Shown: positions 25,760 through 38,459 of the stretch, piece after piece | Numbering within the stretch: the stretch's first letter is position 1 | Layout: the number at the start of each line of letters is the position of its first letter | Assembly: GCA_036785375.1 (NCBI GenBank) | Contig: JAWMAR010000033.1 | Span: 3,286,001-3,350,000 of the forward strand | Direction: 5' to 3' | From: Leucoraja ocellata | Lineage: Eukaryota | Length of the DNA: 64,000 bases | Translations under genes and position numbers: made by a program | The notes under the pieces: generated by a model | Databases searched by the model: none | Seen by the model: the letters and a program-made list of their open reading frames with translations, nothing else | Told to the model about the DNA's origin: nothing

Positions 25760-26480
25760 CAATTATTCTGCACTTAGAAAAGCAGTTAATCCGGGGTTAA
25801 TCCGACATAGCAAGGCATTAAGGAGAGATCCGGTCTGACAAATTCAATTGCATTTTCCAAATGGGTAACTCATTAATTGATGAGGGCAGTGTAATTGATG
25901 TAGTTTGAATGCACTTCCAAGGCATGTGGCAAGGACGAGGAAGTCCATTTCAAATGATCCAGAGCTAGTTCAATCCAAAATTGGCTTGGGAATAGGAGGT
26001 ATCAAACAGCTGTTTTTCTGATTCCAGGGATCAATGCTGGGACTCTTGCTATTCGCCATGTACATTAATGATCTGAATATGAATGTTGGAGATGTAATTA
26101 ATAAGTTTGCATATATTGTAAAAATCAGTGGTGGGGTTGATATTGAGGAGGATAATAGGCTTGAGGATGGTGTAGATAAGTTGGTAAAGATGGGCACAGC
26201 AATTGGAAATAGAATGTAATCTTAAAGCGTGAGGTGATGCATTTTGGAAGGACTACTGAGGGGGAGGCCCTGCACAATGAAAAGGAGTATTGAGGTACAC
26301 TGGAACCTTGCTGCACAGCTCCAAGATCTCCTGTAGGTGGCAGCAGAGGTAGATAGGTGGTGAAGAAGGCATATGGGATAGTTACCTCCTTTGCTGGAGA
26401 ATAGAATACAAGGCCACAGCTGGAATACTATGTCCAGTTCTGGTCACCACACTTAAAAGGAGATGTTTGCTATGGAGAAA
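25760..26480 (+). mobile_element. Degenerate CR1 ORF2 (RT) fragment
   Basis: PQGS-like ttccagggatcaatgctggga, LFAMYINDL...INKFAY (FADD region), and LEYxVQFWSP-like ctggaatactatgtccagttctggtcacc. Confidence 0.75.
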
Positions 26481-26547
26481 GTGGATATGATGTATGAGAC
26501 AAACACAGTGTGACCATGACCATTCATATTTCACATTTTAGGTTAGT

Positions 26548-26848
26548 TTAGAGATACAGCACGGACAGGCCCTTCGGCCCACCGAGGCTCACCGAGTCTG
26601 CACCAACCTGTAATCCCCACACACTGACACTAGTCCTACACACACTGCGGACAATTTACATTCATACCAAGCTAATTAACATTGAAACCTGTACGTCTTT
26701 GGAGTGTGGGAGGAAACCGAAGAACTCGAAGAAAACCCACTCGGGTCACGGGGAATACATACAGACAGCACTAGTCGGAATCGAACCAAGGACCCGGGTT
26801 TCTGGCACTGTAAGACAGAAACTCTACCACTATGCCACCTTGCCGCCC
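26548..26848 (-). mobile_element. V-SINE (HE1-like)
   Basis: tttagagatacagcacggacaggcccttcggcccaccgag...ctttggagtgtgggaggaaaccg...atcgaacc...actctaccactatgccacc. Confidence 0.8.
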
Positions 26849-27449
26849 TTTCTTCATATGGTTTTTTTTTATAAAGTAAAGAATTGCATCACATTGCACC
26901 ACAGGTATATATGAAATAAAAGGTTTCATTGTTTTGTTCCGTCTTCCATACTCCGTGTTTGGCTTTTCATACTACTTTGCCACTATTCCCTGCTCTCTGA
27001 TTGTGTTTGCTAATACTAGCTGGTAGTTGGCTGTTCATCTTGCTTTCTTTGGACCCATCGAACAATTTTTCCTTCCCAACCCCATTCTCCCTTATCAACC
27101 GCATTCTCCTGCCTTCTTCCCATAACTTTTGACACTCAAAAACCTATTAATCTCCACTTTAAAAATACCCAAATGATCCTGAACCAGTTAGGAAATTGAT
27201 CCTGGTAATTAAGTCTGTACTGATTGGGAATTAGCTGGTTTGTCAATCTTGAGACTGAACCATAAGACATAAGGCACACAAACAGCCAATTGGTTCAATA
27301 CCAGCATTTATGCTCCACTAAAATCTTCTCCCATTTTGTCTCATTTGAATCTTTCATCTAAATATTATTTTTCATACGCTTATCTAGCCTCGCTTTAATG
27401 TATCCTTATTACTCTTCTCACACTCGTTGGTAAAATAATTGCCTCTGAA

Positions 27450-28043
27450 TTGAATATAGAAGCAAAGAGGCCCTTCTGCAGTTGTACAGAGCCCTAGAGA
27501 GACCACACCTGGAGTATTGTGCGCAGTTTTGGTCCCCTCATTTGAGGAAGGACATACTTGCTATTGAGGGATTGCAGCGTAGGTTTACAAGGTTAATTCC
27601 CGGGATGGCAGGACTGTCATATGCTGAGAGAATGGAGCAGCTGGGCTTGTACACTCTGAAGTTTAGAAGGATGAGAGGATATCTCATTGAAACATATAAT
27701 ATTGTTAAGGGTTTAGACACGCTAGAGGCAGGAAACATGTTCCTGTTGTTGGAGTTCAGAACCAGGGGCCACAGTTTAAGAATAAGGAGTAAGCCATTTA
27801 GAACGGAGATGAGGAAACACTTTTTCTCGCAGAGAATGGTGAGTCTCTGCCTCAGAGGGTGGTTCTCTGGATGTTTTCAAGAGAGAGCTGGATAGGGCTC
27901 TTAAAAATAGCAGAGTCAGGGGATATGGGGAGAAGGCAGGAACGGGTACTGATTGAGGATGATCAGCCATGATCACATTGAATGGCGGTGCTGGCTCGAA
28001 GGGCCGAATGGCCTACTCCTGCACCTATTGTCTATTGTCTATT
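27450..28043 (+). mobile_element. Young 5'-truncated CR1/HER1 LINE with (ctattgt)n tail
   Basis: ORF 27482-27895 YRALERPHLEYCAQFWSP...QRRFTRLIPG...RTRGHSL...FFSQR is the CR1 ORF2 C-terminus. The 3' UTR ends gaagggccgaatggcctactcctgcacctattgtctattgtctattg. Confidence 0.92.
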
Positions 28044-29600
28044 GAATTAATTGGCGATCATCTTATAATGGTCTTATATATTCACCTACTTGACATTTCA
28101 AGAACCAGCACATGAGGATATTATTACGTAGATCTGTTTGGGGGAGCATTGTGAAGACCAAGGATCCAAAAGGAAATAATGTGCTTCAAGAATATGACAG
28201 AGGCATTTAAGACACTTTTAGATAGGCACATGGATGTGAAGTGAATGGTAGATATGGGCCACGTTCAGGTGGAGATGATTAGTTTAACTTGGCATTATTT
28301 TTGGCATATATATTGTGGGAAGAAGGGTTTGTTCCTGTGTTCTATGTTTTATGTTCTACGAAGAGAATAATTAAATGAACATCATAAACTCATAAAGCTG
28401 CTTTGGCTGAACCAAAGCAGGAAAATTAATAGAATTTGTATTATGTTTACTGGGAAGGAATTTTGCCATATTGTAGAATGAACCCCAAACATGAAGTGTC
28501 AGAGGGTACGTGATAATTGTCTCTCTGTGACCATCAGGCAAGCTGCAGTAAGCATTCAGTTTAAGGCTTTCAGCCCAACGTACAGATGAATAATGCTGTG
28601 GGAGGTAACTAGGTTTATTTTAAGCATTTAGAACTTTCACAAACACAGTGTACTTGCTGCTTAGTCACAGTGTTCCCTTGTGTTAATTTTCGGATGATGA
28701 TTTCACAGCCTTAAAGTAAGCTGTTCTTGGGAGTATGTCAGTACTCAGGGAAGCCCTTTATCTTGTTCCCAAGGTGATGGCTAGTTAATTTATGCTCTAA
28801 TGATTTGTCACTGGGATGAGCCAGGAACTCCCTCCTCCACCCCACACAACTACTCCCACACAGACACATTGAAGCTGCATAACTAATTGGATTTCCTTCC
28901 ACCTACAAGGTATAGCCTTCTCCTTCTGTTCACTGCCTGACACCTCCTTGGCATTACTGTTTTAGAAATGTCACCATCCTGGAATCGGCCAACTCTTATT
29001 TTCTAAAGTTAACAAATATATTCTTGCATTTACCCTTTGAGAACCAAAGTACTTTAAAAAAAAAAAAAGTACTTAAAACTCTGACAGTACAGTTTCAATA
29101 TTTTAGATCATGAGACTAAAATACAGTGTTTGTGGGGGCGGTGTGATCAGATGTAACTGGCATTTCACAAATTAATACTGTGTATAGGATGTAAATCATA
29201 GCATTGATCTAACACTGGGAATTACAGAGAATTCCATTTTTGGAAATAACCCCTTTGAGAATTTCACATAATTTCAACATTTATGAAACATTTTGCAAGT
29301 AGGGGATAAATCTGTTTGCTATCCACCAGTAGGGATGGAAAAATATAATGCATTATTTTTCTACATTTTGCGGGTGTACGTGTTACAAGTAAAGCAAATA
29401 TTTATTGCCCCATTCCTAGTTGCCCTTGAGAAGATTATGTCAAGCCAACTTAGTCATAGTCATACAGCACCGAAACATGCCCTTCAGCTCAACACGTCTA
29501 TGCTGACCAAGATGTCAACCTACACTAGTCCCATTTGCCCACATTTGACCCATATCTCTCTAAACATTTTCTATCCACTTACCCATCCAAATGTATTTTA

Positions 29601-30045
29601 CAGTGCCCTCCATAATGTTTGAGACAAAGACCCATCATTTATTTATTTGGCTCTGTACCCCACAATTTGAGATTTGTAATAGATTTGTAATCACGTGTGG
29701 TCCAAGTGCACATTGTCAGATGTTATTAAAGGCCATTTTTATACATTTTGGTTTCACCATGTAGAAATTGCAGCTGTGTTTATACCTAGTGTCCCCCCCC
29801 CCCCCCTCCCCCTCCCCCTATTTCAGGGCTCCATAATGTTTGGGACACATGGCTTCACAGGCATTTGTAATTGCTTAGATGTGTTTAATTGCCTCCTTAA
29901 TGCAGGTATAAGAGAGCTCTCAGCACCTAGTCTTTCTTCCAGTCTTTCCATCACCTTTGGAAACTTTTATTGCTATGTATCAACATGAGGACTAAAGTTG
30001 TGCCATTGAAAGTCAAATAAGCCATTGTGAGACTGAGAAACAAGA
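29601..30045 (+). mobile_element. Tc1-family transposon left end (IR/DR type) with transposase start
   Basis: TA|CAGTGCCCTCCATAATGTTTG terminus; the inner direct repeat ctccataatgtttgggaca recurs near 29829. ATG at 29985 reads MRTKVVPLKVK*AIVRLRNK, then truncated. Confidence 0.75.
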
Positions 30046-30127
30046 TCGGAATCAATATCGGAAAGGTAATATATTTCCAAGTGAGGCCTATATGTGAATT
30101 GGAAGAGAACTTGCAAGTGACCATTCA

Positions 30128-30740
30128 TCAGTCAGAGTATTGAGTATCGAAGTTGGGAGGTCATGTTGCAGTTGTATAAGACGTTGGTGAGACCGCATTT
30201 AGAATATTGTGTTCCGTTCTGGGCACTATTATAGGAAAGATATTGTCAAGCTTGAAAGGATTCAGAAAAGATTTACAAGGATGTTGCCAGAGGGTGGGAG
30301 CTATAGGGAGAGGTTGAGTCGGCTGGGTCTCTATTCCATGGAGCGCAGGAGGATGAGGGGAGATCTTATAGAGGTATACTAAATCATGAGAGGAATAGAT
30401 CGGGTAGATGCACAGAGTCTTTTGTCCAGAGTAGGGGAATTGAGGACCATAGGTTCAAAGTGAAGGGTAAAAGATTTAATAGGAATCCGAGGGGTAACTT
30501 TTTCGCACAAAGGGTGGTGGGGAGATATGGAATAAGCTGCCAGAGGAGGTAGTTGAGGCTGGGACGATCCCATCCTTTAAGAAACAGTTATGCAGGTACA
30601 TGGATGGGACAGATTTGGAGGGATATAGACCAAGTGCAGGCAAGTGGGACTAGTATAGCTGGGACATTGTTGGCAGTGTGGGCGAGTTAGGCCAAAGGGC
30701 CTGTTTCCACACTGTTTCTCTCTATGATTCTATAACTATA
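30128..30740 (+). mobile_element. 5'-truncated CR1 LINE (second subfamily)
   Basis: ttgtataagacgttggtgagaccgcatttagaatattgtgtt (LYKTLVRPHLEYCV). The 3' UTR ends aagggcctgtttccacactg...ctctatgattctataactatag. Confidence 0.88.
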
Positions 30741-31089
30741 GACAAATTGATGAAAAGTTAATTATCTTGTCACTTCATTTTATATTTTTAAAAAACATGT
30801 CCTTGTTTTAAATCAGCCTATTCTAATTCACTGGCAGAGGACAGGGAATTATTTGCAAACTCACTTGCATGATTGGCAGGAAAATAATCTTGGTTTTCTG
30901 TTCAATAGAGATGTTGCCATGGGTTCAGGATGCAGTTATTGGGTGAACATAATGGGGACCACAAAGACAGATGGGAAACAAAATGGAAAGATAAAAAAAA
31001 TGAAGAGATGGAGTCTGGGCTAGGTTTGACTCAGCAACTGAAGACGTCCAAAGACCCCCCCCCCCCCCCCCCGCGAGTCCAGAACAACA

Positions 31090-31322
31090 GTCGATCACTT
31101 CTTCACACTAGTTCTATGTTATCCTACTTTCGCATCCACTCCCTGCACACCAGGGGCAATTTACAGAGGCCAGTTAACTCATAAACCTGCATGTCTTTGG
31201 GATGGAGAGGAAACCGGAGCTCCTGTAGGAACCCCATGTGGTTACAGGGAAAACGTACAGACTACATCACGCGAGGTCAGGATCAATTCCAGGTCTCTAG
31301 TACTGTGAGGCAGCAGTGCTAC
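31090..31322 (-). mobile_element. Degenerate V-SINE
   Basis: ggggcaatttacagaggcc...acctgcatgtctttgggatggagaggaaaccggagc...ggtcaggatc...ctgtgaggcagcagtgctacc. Confidence 0.65.
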
Positions 31323-31429
31323 CCAAATTTATTGTTGGGGTGTGAAAAAATGCATTTAAGGAGACTGTTTGTATTAGTTAGTTGGCATTCATCTATCTGC
31401 GAGAGATGATGGTGCAGCTTTGATGTTCT

Positions 31430-32432
31430 CCTGTTTGGCGAGGGGAATGTTTCATCAATGGTTGCTTTTCCTGTGGCTGACTAAGGCTATCCTTGACAGG
31501 CCGATCCTCCCACAGCTTTCGCAGGTGGCGTTGTCTCTGGACGTTGGTTTGGCATTGATCATTTTGTGGCATTAGCGCCTGGCCTCCAGCTTCTTAAACC
31601 GTATGCTGTTGGAGTGCTTTGTACCTACCTGGAGTTCCACCACCGCTCCTCAGTAGCTGCTTCCAGCTGTCAGTGCCAACATTAAAATGTGTCATATCTC
31701 TTTTAATCATATCTTTGCAGCAAAGTTTTGGTCTTTCTCTTGGTCTCTGCATTCGAACCTTCCCATTTAGCACGTCTTTGGGGATGCGTCCATTTACCAT
31801 CCTATGTACATGTCCAAGCCAGCGGGGACGCTTCTGCTTGAGGATCGCAGGGATGCTAGGCATGTTGGTCAGGGAGTGGACCAATTCATTGGTGAAACTG
31901 TCCTGTTAAGAAAATTCCTAGGATATTCATGAAGACAGCGGAAATTAAAATCATCAGTTATCATTCCTGATGTAGGTACATCGTCCAAGCTTCACTACTG
32001 TACAGTTACCTGCTCAACACGAATGCTTTGTAAACAGTTGTCTTGACTGTGAGTTTTCTGTTCTTCCATGACCACTTGGTTAGCCGCCCGAAGGTGGTTG
32101 CTGCCTTGCCTATACGTGTGTTGATTTCCTCATCCAGAGAGAAACTATCAGTCACCATAGATCGTAGGTAGGATGATTTCGAGAAGGGGGGGGGAAGGGG
32201 TAGGGGGGCGGAAATGGAGTGCCCTGACCCATGATAACAGTCTTAATGATGATTATCAGTCGGTTATCGTTGTAATCATGAGGCAGTCTGTCCATCAGCC
32301 TCTGAAGACCTTCCATTGGGGCAATGAGTGCAGCATCATCAGCACACAGGAGTTCCCTTCAAGCACAATTCTCACCTTCATCTTGGCTTTCAACCTTGCT
32401 AGATTGATGAGCTTCCCGTCGCTTCTAGCGTG
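31430..32432 (-). mobile_element. RTE-clade LINE fragment (end of RT and C-terminal region)
   Basis: ORF 31594-31884 contains SIPAILKQKRPRWLGHVHRMVNGRIPKDVLNG...RPRERPKL..KD..KRD, the RTE/BovB-type signature. Upstream on the minus strand are gctgatgatgctgcactc (ADDAAL) and RIGKAATTFGRL. Confidence 0.85.
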
Positions 32433-34875
32433 AAATGCATTTAAGGAGTTGGTTTACATTAGAAATAACAAATTTGTGATTATGATCTTGGAGTAATGTG
32501 CAGTTGTGGGATTAACACCAAATAATGCATTCAGTGGATCACCGCGTCATACATCATTAATGGTCACCTAACCTTTGCCAAACAAGTCTATGACCCTTGA
32601 CTTTGGAAGAACAAAAGCAGAGATTATTCCATGGATAAAGCTGAGATCATTGATTCATTGATCACCAGTGAAATGTTCACTGGTGATCAATGAAAAGCCA
32701 AGGCAAAGAAATTGTGTTTCCAAACAAGCATGCTCAACAAGCATGAAATGGCACTTTGATTGGTGGTAGGAGGAGCACCTCCTTGGAGGTAGCCACGTGT
32801 AGGAGAGACAGGAAGATTATAATGAAAAGAGGACAGTGAAAGTGATGGGAGCTGAGATTAAAATGTAAAATCAGTGAAGGTAAGTTGTTGCTTACGGCAG
32901 ACAGTAATGTTAAATTAAATGGCATATTTAAAATAATTTGCGGATCATTGGGACATTTTTGTTAGTTAAATTAGAAACACTGTTCCTTAAGTTAAAGCTC
33001 TGTATATTTCTGCACTCTGCTTTCAATGAGAAAGAAAGCAATGCTGTAGCTGCAGGTTATTTCACACAGGCAGCTCATGTCACTCAGTGGACTGTTCAAG
33101 CAGCAGTGCAGTATGCACCATATTCCAATACTGTATGTACTGTGCAAAATCTGTACATTCTCACCTGTCAAAACTGTTCAGCTGTGATTCCTTTTTTTTT
33201 ATTGTCATTAATGGCTATAGTTGGTTCTGAGTAAACAGCCTGAAGGTAAAAGCAAACTAAATTAGCTGCAATTTATTTGTGTGTTGGCAACGATGAAAAT
33301 TAAAAAGATATTTATAAATTTGCTGCAGTGGGTTATTAAATTATAATAATGGCCAATTTGTCATGAATCCAGTTACTAGAATATCAACTGGAGCTCCTAT
33401 TAAAAACATTTTAATCTAATTTGTATTCTATTTTTGATGTGTTTTCTTTAAAGAAGTCTATAGCTTGTTTAAAGTCTGGCACCTCTACTGATTGTTAAAG
33501 AGCTGCCACGAGAGCTGCCAAAGCTGGGATGCCACATTATTTCTCTGGGATGGCTCTAGGTATCCAAACGATAGTAACAAAAGTCTCTGGTTATTGTGTT
33601 CATTCAAATTTTCAAGAACAGATTCAGTGGATTTTAATTAAATGCATGAATCAAGGAATATGGAGCAAAACTGGGTGAATGGAGTTTGGGTCCAGAGAGG
33701 AATTATTTATTTGAATGAGGAAATGCACTCATGGGGCAAAATGGGGTAGGTTTTCTCTCGTCAAATACCCCCTGTGATTTGACTTTCACAACCACCTGAG
33801 GTACAGTACATCGGAGATTCTCCACCCCTGGTCAATGCCCGATAATGTGTTGCTCTCAATAGCTCTTGCATCCCCAAGTTTAGTGTTATCCACACCTTGG
33901 AAAGAAGAGGTTTGGTGGAAATTCTGGCAAAATGGGTTGAAGGCATGGTTGCTGCTGATGGTCAGAGTTGTGTAAAGCTACTATTGGTGAAATGGGTTCA
34001 AGTGTGATGAAGGATGAACCGTTTCAGGTTGGAACTGTGCATCATGCATCTATTTTATGGATGGCAAGTGCTGCAGGCACAGCACGCCCGTGGCAATGGA
34101 AATGCAGATGGTTTACAGGTTACTAATCAAGCCTATTGATTTGCCCTGAATAGCATCGAGTTTTATGAGAATAGGTGAGGCTTAATGAATTATGTACCAA
34201 GTTCAGGTGAATGCCATCAGTGACTTTGATATAAGAGATCTGTCTACTATAGTACTTTGCTTCATATAATTAACTTGCATCTACCTTCAGTATCACCATT
34301 GTATCTTTGTCCATTCATGTGTATTTGATTTCTTGCTTGTACAGGGTATCAGTATAAACACAAATATTGTAATATTGATTTTTGTTTGCTTTGGTACTTC
34401 TAAATCCATGAAATAATCTTCTCACTTGTTCGTTCTTGCATATTTGTGGACATCTAAACCACTACAAAAGTGATTTATTGTTTGCCTAATCTAGTTTTAG
34501 TGTTAAGTATAACTGTGTGTTGACTTTAGATTAAATCAACAAACCACTGATTCAAATTATGCATTGAGGCAACAAACTAGAAATACCAGAAATACCAGAA
34601 CCATTCTTGAATGTGGCAATCTGTAAGTGGATTGAAGATATGTTTCAGTATCTCATTCATGCTGGCTGACACCAGTATTCAAATGGTTAATTGAGTATTT
34701 CATCAATTAACAATCTAATTTGTTTGAAATGCTTAATTTGAAAAGCATCATTGTTTCTCAATTTATCATTTCAATATTAATGCTAATTACAATTAGAAAT
34801 AGTCAAAGCTCATTTAAACTGATTCCTGCGGAATGTTCTTTTAAATAACACCAAAAAAAAATCCCTCATATCTCT

Positions 34876-34978
34876 TACCTCAGTCTGAAGAAGAGTTTCG
34901 GCTCGAAACGTCACCCATTTCCTTCGCTCCATAGATGCTGCTGCACCCGCTGAGTTTCTCCAGCATTTTTGTGTACCT
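34876..34978 (+). mobile_element. ~100-bp Penelope-derived insertion carrying a minimal hammerhead-like motif
   Basis: cagtCTGAAGAa-GAG-tttcgg-CTC-GAAAcgtc plus PLE tail. Flanked by tccctcatatctct (34862-34875) and tccctcttatctct (34979-34992), a 14-bp TSD with 1 mismatch. Confidence 0.8.
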
Positions 34979-36269
34979 TCCCTCTTATCTCTGGTTGCTG
35001 GATAAACCTACATTATTTGTACCTTGTTAGCAATAATTATTTACTGCTGCATATATTCTAAATTGATTTGTGTTCACTGATTTCCATTTCTTTCATTTAG
35101 CTTTCTACATCTATTTCAAAGTAGCACATTGGAGTCACTTCTTCTGGACTGTTTAATACCTATGCAGTTAACTTGCACGTTTCTACAATTTAATGGCAAA
35201 ACATTTCTTATTTCATGGTTTATGCTGTTCACAATTGCAATTTGCCCTTTCACTGAGGATTCCATTGACAAAATATTATCAAGATGTTGAAGATGTTATT
35301 GACAGCATTTTGAAAAACATGAGGCTTTCAGTACTCACCTTTACAAAATGATAAAGTTTATCTCTGTATTTGTGCATTGGTTGGTGTCATTGTGGTATCG
35401 TTACATCACACACTCAAAGAAGACGGAATGGCCCATAGTATCAATAAAACAACATATAAGCCTTGGAATTTAAAGAATTTATCCAAATCCCTTTGTAAAT
35501 TATTATTGTATGATTACACTGTCCATTTTGCCAATGAATTTTCAATTATATCTTTCAATTTCTTTGATTCTCTAATTAATTATCTTAAAGACACTTTAAA
35601 TAACATTCTGTTCAATAATATGATTGCATTCTATCAATGTAACTTTTCATCAACTGCTATTCAATACAGAATTTTCCAGTATATATTCACCATTTCAATT
35701 ATTTTGCCAGCCCTCCTGTCCCTCTATTCCCACCCCCCCCCCCTCCCCCTCCTCTCTCCCTCCTCACCTCCCCACCTGCTCCTCCCTCTCCTTCCCTACC
35801 CCCTCCTCTCCCTCAATCCCCCAGTCTCCCTCCTCACCTCCCCACGACGGCGATGAAGTTGTACTTGAGGTGGGGGAGATGGGTTAAAGGGGGGTGGGGT
35901 GCGAGCGTCCTGGAGCCAGGGGAGGGCTTGAGGTGGGAGAGATGGGTTAAATGATTTCAAACCAAATGCAGTACAAGTCAGACACAGTGAAGGAGAACAG
36001 CTGTGTTCTGGTGCATTTAACACATCATGGTAGATATTGGTGTATGTTATGCTTGTTTTGCAGGTGTAAAACAGGCACTAAGAATACCAATTTAGTAGTG
36101 GGTTGATGTGTGCAGGTGCTAGTCGCACTTTTAATTTGAGACCGCCAATTTTATTTTCAAGGTGCATCCAAATGGGGTTTAAATTAATTCCGTGCGTTAA
36201 TGAAGAGTTTGTTTCCAAGTTGTGAGGCACGCATAATAAAAAAGTAACATAGTGAGAATAAGCACGATG

Positions 36270-36500
36270 AGGTGAAATTTCTTCATGAAGATAGTGGTGA
36301 ATGTTTGGAATTCTCAACCGCTAATGGCTCCAGAAGCTCAGTTATTGAGTTCATTTAAAGCAGAGATTGATAGATTTCTGAGCAACAAGAGATATGAGGA
36401 AAATGGCTGTGATAAAGAGGATCGTGGCCTTGATGAAAGAGGTGGAACAGGTTCAAGGCCAAACAGGTTAGCCTTTGCCGCCTCCTATTTCAGATGTTCT
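36270..36500 (+). mobile_element. Degenerate CR1 3' end
   Basis: gtggtgaatgtttggaattctc...tttaaagcagagattgatagatttctg...gagatatgagg...gcctcctattt. Confidence 0.55.
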
Positions 36501-36647
36501 TAAGATCCAAGATTCTCTTTTCCCTTCAGCAGAGAATATCACGGATCTGCAAAAATTGATGGAATCGTTCCAAATTGCATCCGGTGATTATATTGATCAT
36601 AACTGGACCATTTGGAGGCCATTAAAGTGTGCCAATAGTGTCTCGTT

Positions 36648-38205
36648 TATAGCGAGACACACGTTTGAGAACAAAGTGATCTTTATTGGCAGATGCAGGG
36701 TCAGACACTTGCGCGCTGAGAGTGAGCACTAGCGGAGTACTTGGAGTTGCAGTTGGGCACACCCGTGACTCATGACGTCATCTTCCCGGCAAACGCAGTC
36801 ACCTGCCCAATACAGTTCGATCTTTCACTGGCCTAACCACCAGATGGCGCCAAATGACCCTCTCCCACCCCCCCCAGAACCGGAGTAACGAAAATGAACA
36901 TGCAGACGAATGAGGTGCTGCCCTCTCACATTGACTAGCAGGGATTGAGCCAGGAGGAAATCGGCACCCAGTAATGGCTGGGAGACATCAGCAATGGTAA
37001 AAGTCCAAGTAAAATGGCAGGAGCTGAAGATGAGAGGGACCATGCGAACTCCATACGTCCGGATGGAGCTGCCATTAACCACGGCAACGGAAGGTCCCTG
37101 CTTACCAAAACCAGTGTCAAGTCCTGACGTGGGCAAAACGCTGACTTCTGCGCCCGTGTCGAAGAAGAGCTGCCCTGAATGACTGTCCCAGGCATAGAGG
37201 TGATGTTTCAGGCCGAACGCAGTAGCCACTACTGGCGGCCGGCCGAGGCGTTTCCCGAAAACGTGCAGGGTGGGCGGCATCGACGGGCCTCCGAACCCCA
37301 GCGCTGGTGATAGAAGCATCACGACTCCTTACCAGTGTTGCTCGCGTCCGGCTTCGCAGCCGAACCCCAGGTGGACACAGTAACTGGCTGCTGCGCCCAC
37401 TGAGGCACCGCCGTCACCCAGTCGATAGCAGCACCGCCCTGCTGTTTGGTCCGCCATAGGTCGTCCACCCGTTCAGTCAGTTGCAGGGGATCGTTGAAAT
37501 TCTCCATTGCAACGAGTAGTCGAATGTCCTCGGGCATCTGCTCCAGGAAAGCGTGCTGAAAAACGACTGATGGCCATCCATCAAAGTGAGCATCTCGCTC
37601 ATCAACACGGACGGCTTGCGATAACCGAGACTCCCCCCAACGTGCATGAGCCTTGCCGCCCGATCGCGGCGGCTGCGGCAAAGGTACGCAGGAGCTCCAT
37701 GTGGCCCTCGTACTTGTTGGCAGCTGCCGGCTGGCGCAGGAAATGTACGAGGTGACCGGCTGTACCCTGATCCAGCGTGCCGACCACATAATAATACTTT
37801 GTGTCGTCGGCCCTAATGTGTCGAACATGGAAAAGCCTGCTGGAACCTTACCTTTGGCTGTGATGTCTAGAACACCGGCAGCTTGAGAAATACTGCATTC
37901 TGTTGAGCCGGGATGTCGGCTGCTTCGGGTTGCTGAGGTAGGTTGTTGGCTGCATGCATTGTGAGAATCTAAAAGAACCGTTTTGGATCGTCGGGGTCAC
38001 CAATACAGCGTTTGAGAATGAAGTGATCTTTATTGGCAGATACAGGGTCCGACACTTGCACGCTGAGAGTGAACACTAACGAGTCCCTGCAGTTGAAGTT
38101 GGGCACACCCGTGACTCATGAGGTAAACTTCCCGTCAAATGCCTGATCCAGTTCTACTAACGAGGGTTTGATCTATCACTGGCCTAACCATCTGATGCCG
38201 CCACA
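36648..38205 (-). mobile_element. Internally deleted Ty3/Gypsy LTR retrotransposon (gag and protease only)
   Basis: Two ~200-bp direct repeats (36648-36853 and 38004-38205). Minus strand has a gag-like QNAVFLKLPVF*TSQP...FLEQMPEDIRLLV and an aspartic protease FFDTGAEVSVLP...NGSSIRTYG...ADVSQPLLGADFL. A polypurine tract (plus-strand ccctctcccacccccccc) abuts the 3' LTR. Confidence 0.88.
37989..38002 (-). promoter_or_regulatory. Primer-binding site complementary to the tRNA-Trp 3' end
   Basis: Minus strand TGGTGACCCCGACG lies just inside the 5' LTR and is complementary to ...CGUCGGGGUCACCA of eukaryotic tRNA-Trp. Confidence 0.8.
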
Positions 38206-38400
38206 AGTTTAGAAATACAACATGGATAAAGGCCCTTCAGCCCACGCCGACTATCTATCACGTGTTCACACTAGTTCTATGTTATTCCATGTTCTCATCA
38301 ACTCCCAACTGACATGGGGTAATTTGCAGACGCCAATTAATCGACCAAGCTACATGTCTTTGGGATGTGGGGGGAAAACACAGGAAACCCACTCGGACAA
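38206..38400 (-). mobile_element. V-SINE 3' half
   Basis: tttagaaatacaacatgga..aggcccttcagcccac...gccaattaa...catgtctttgggatgtggggggaaaac. Confidence 0.65.
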
Positions 38401-38459
38401 GGTCCTGTTTCTGAACCACTGGAATTTCCTGAGTGATGGTCAGAGTAAGCTAGAATATT

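Noticed and set aside
33761-33946. Minus-strand peptide YRALTRGGESPMY, faintly like Harbinger transposase FRCLDRSGGALQY
   Set aside because: Similarity too weak to support without a profile search.
35377-35887. 159-aa ORF with Pro/Leu-rich end
   Set aside because: AT-rich sequence followed by a C/T low-complexity tract; compositional artefact.
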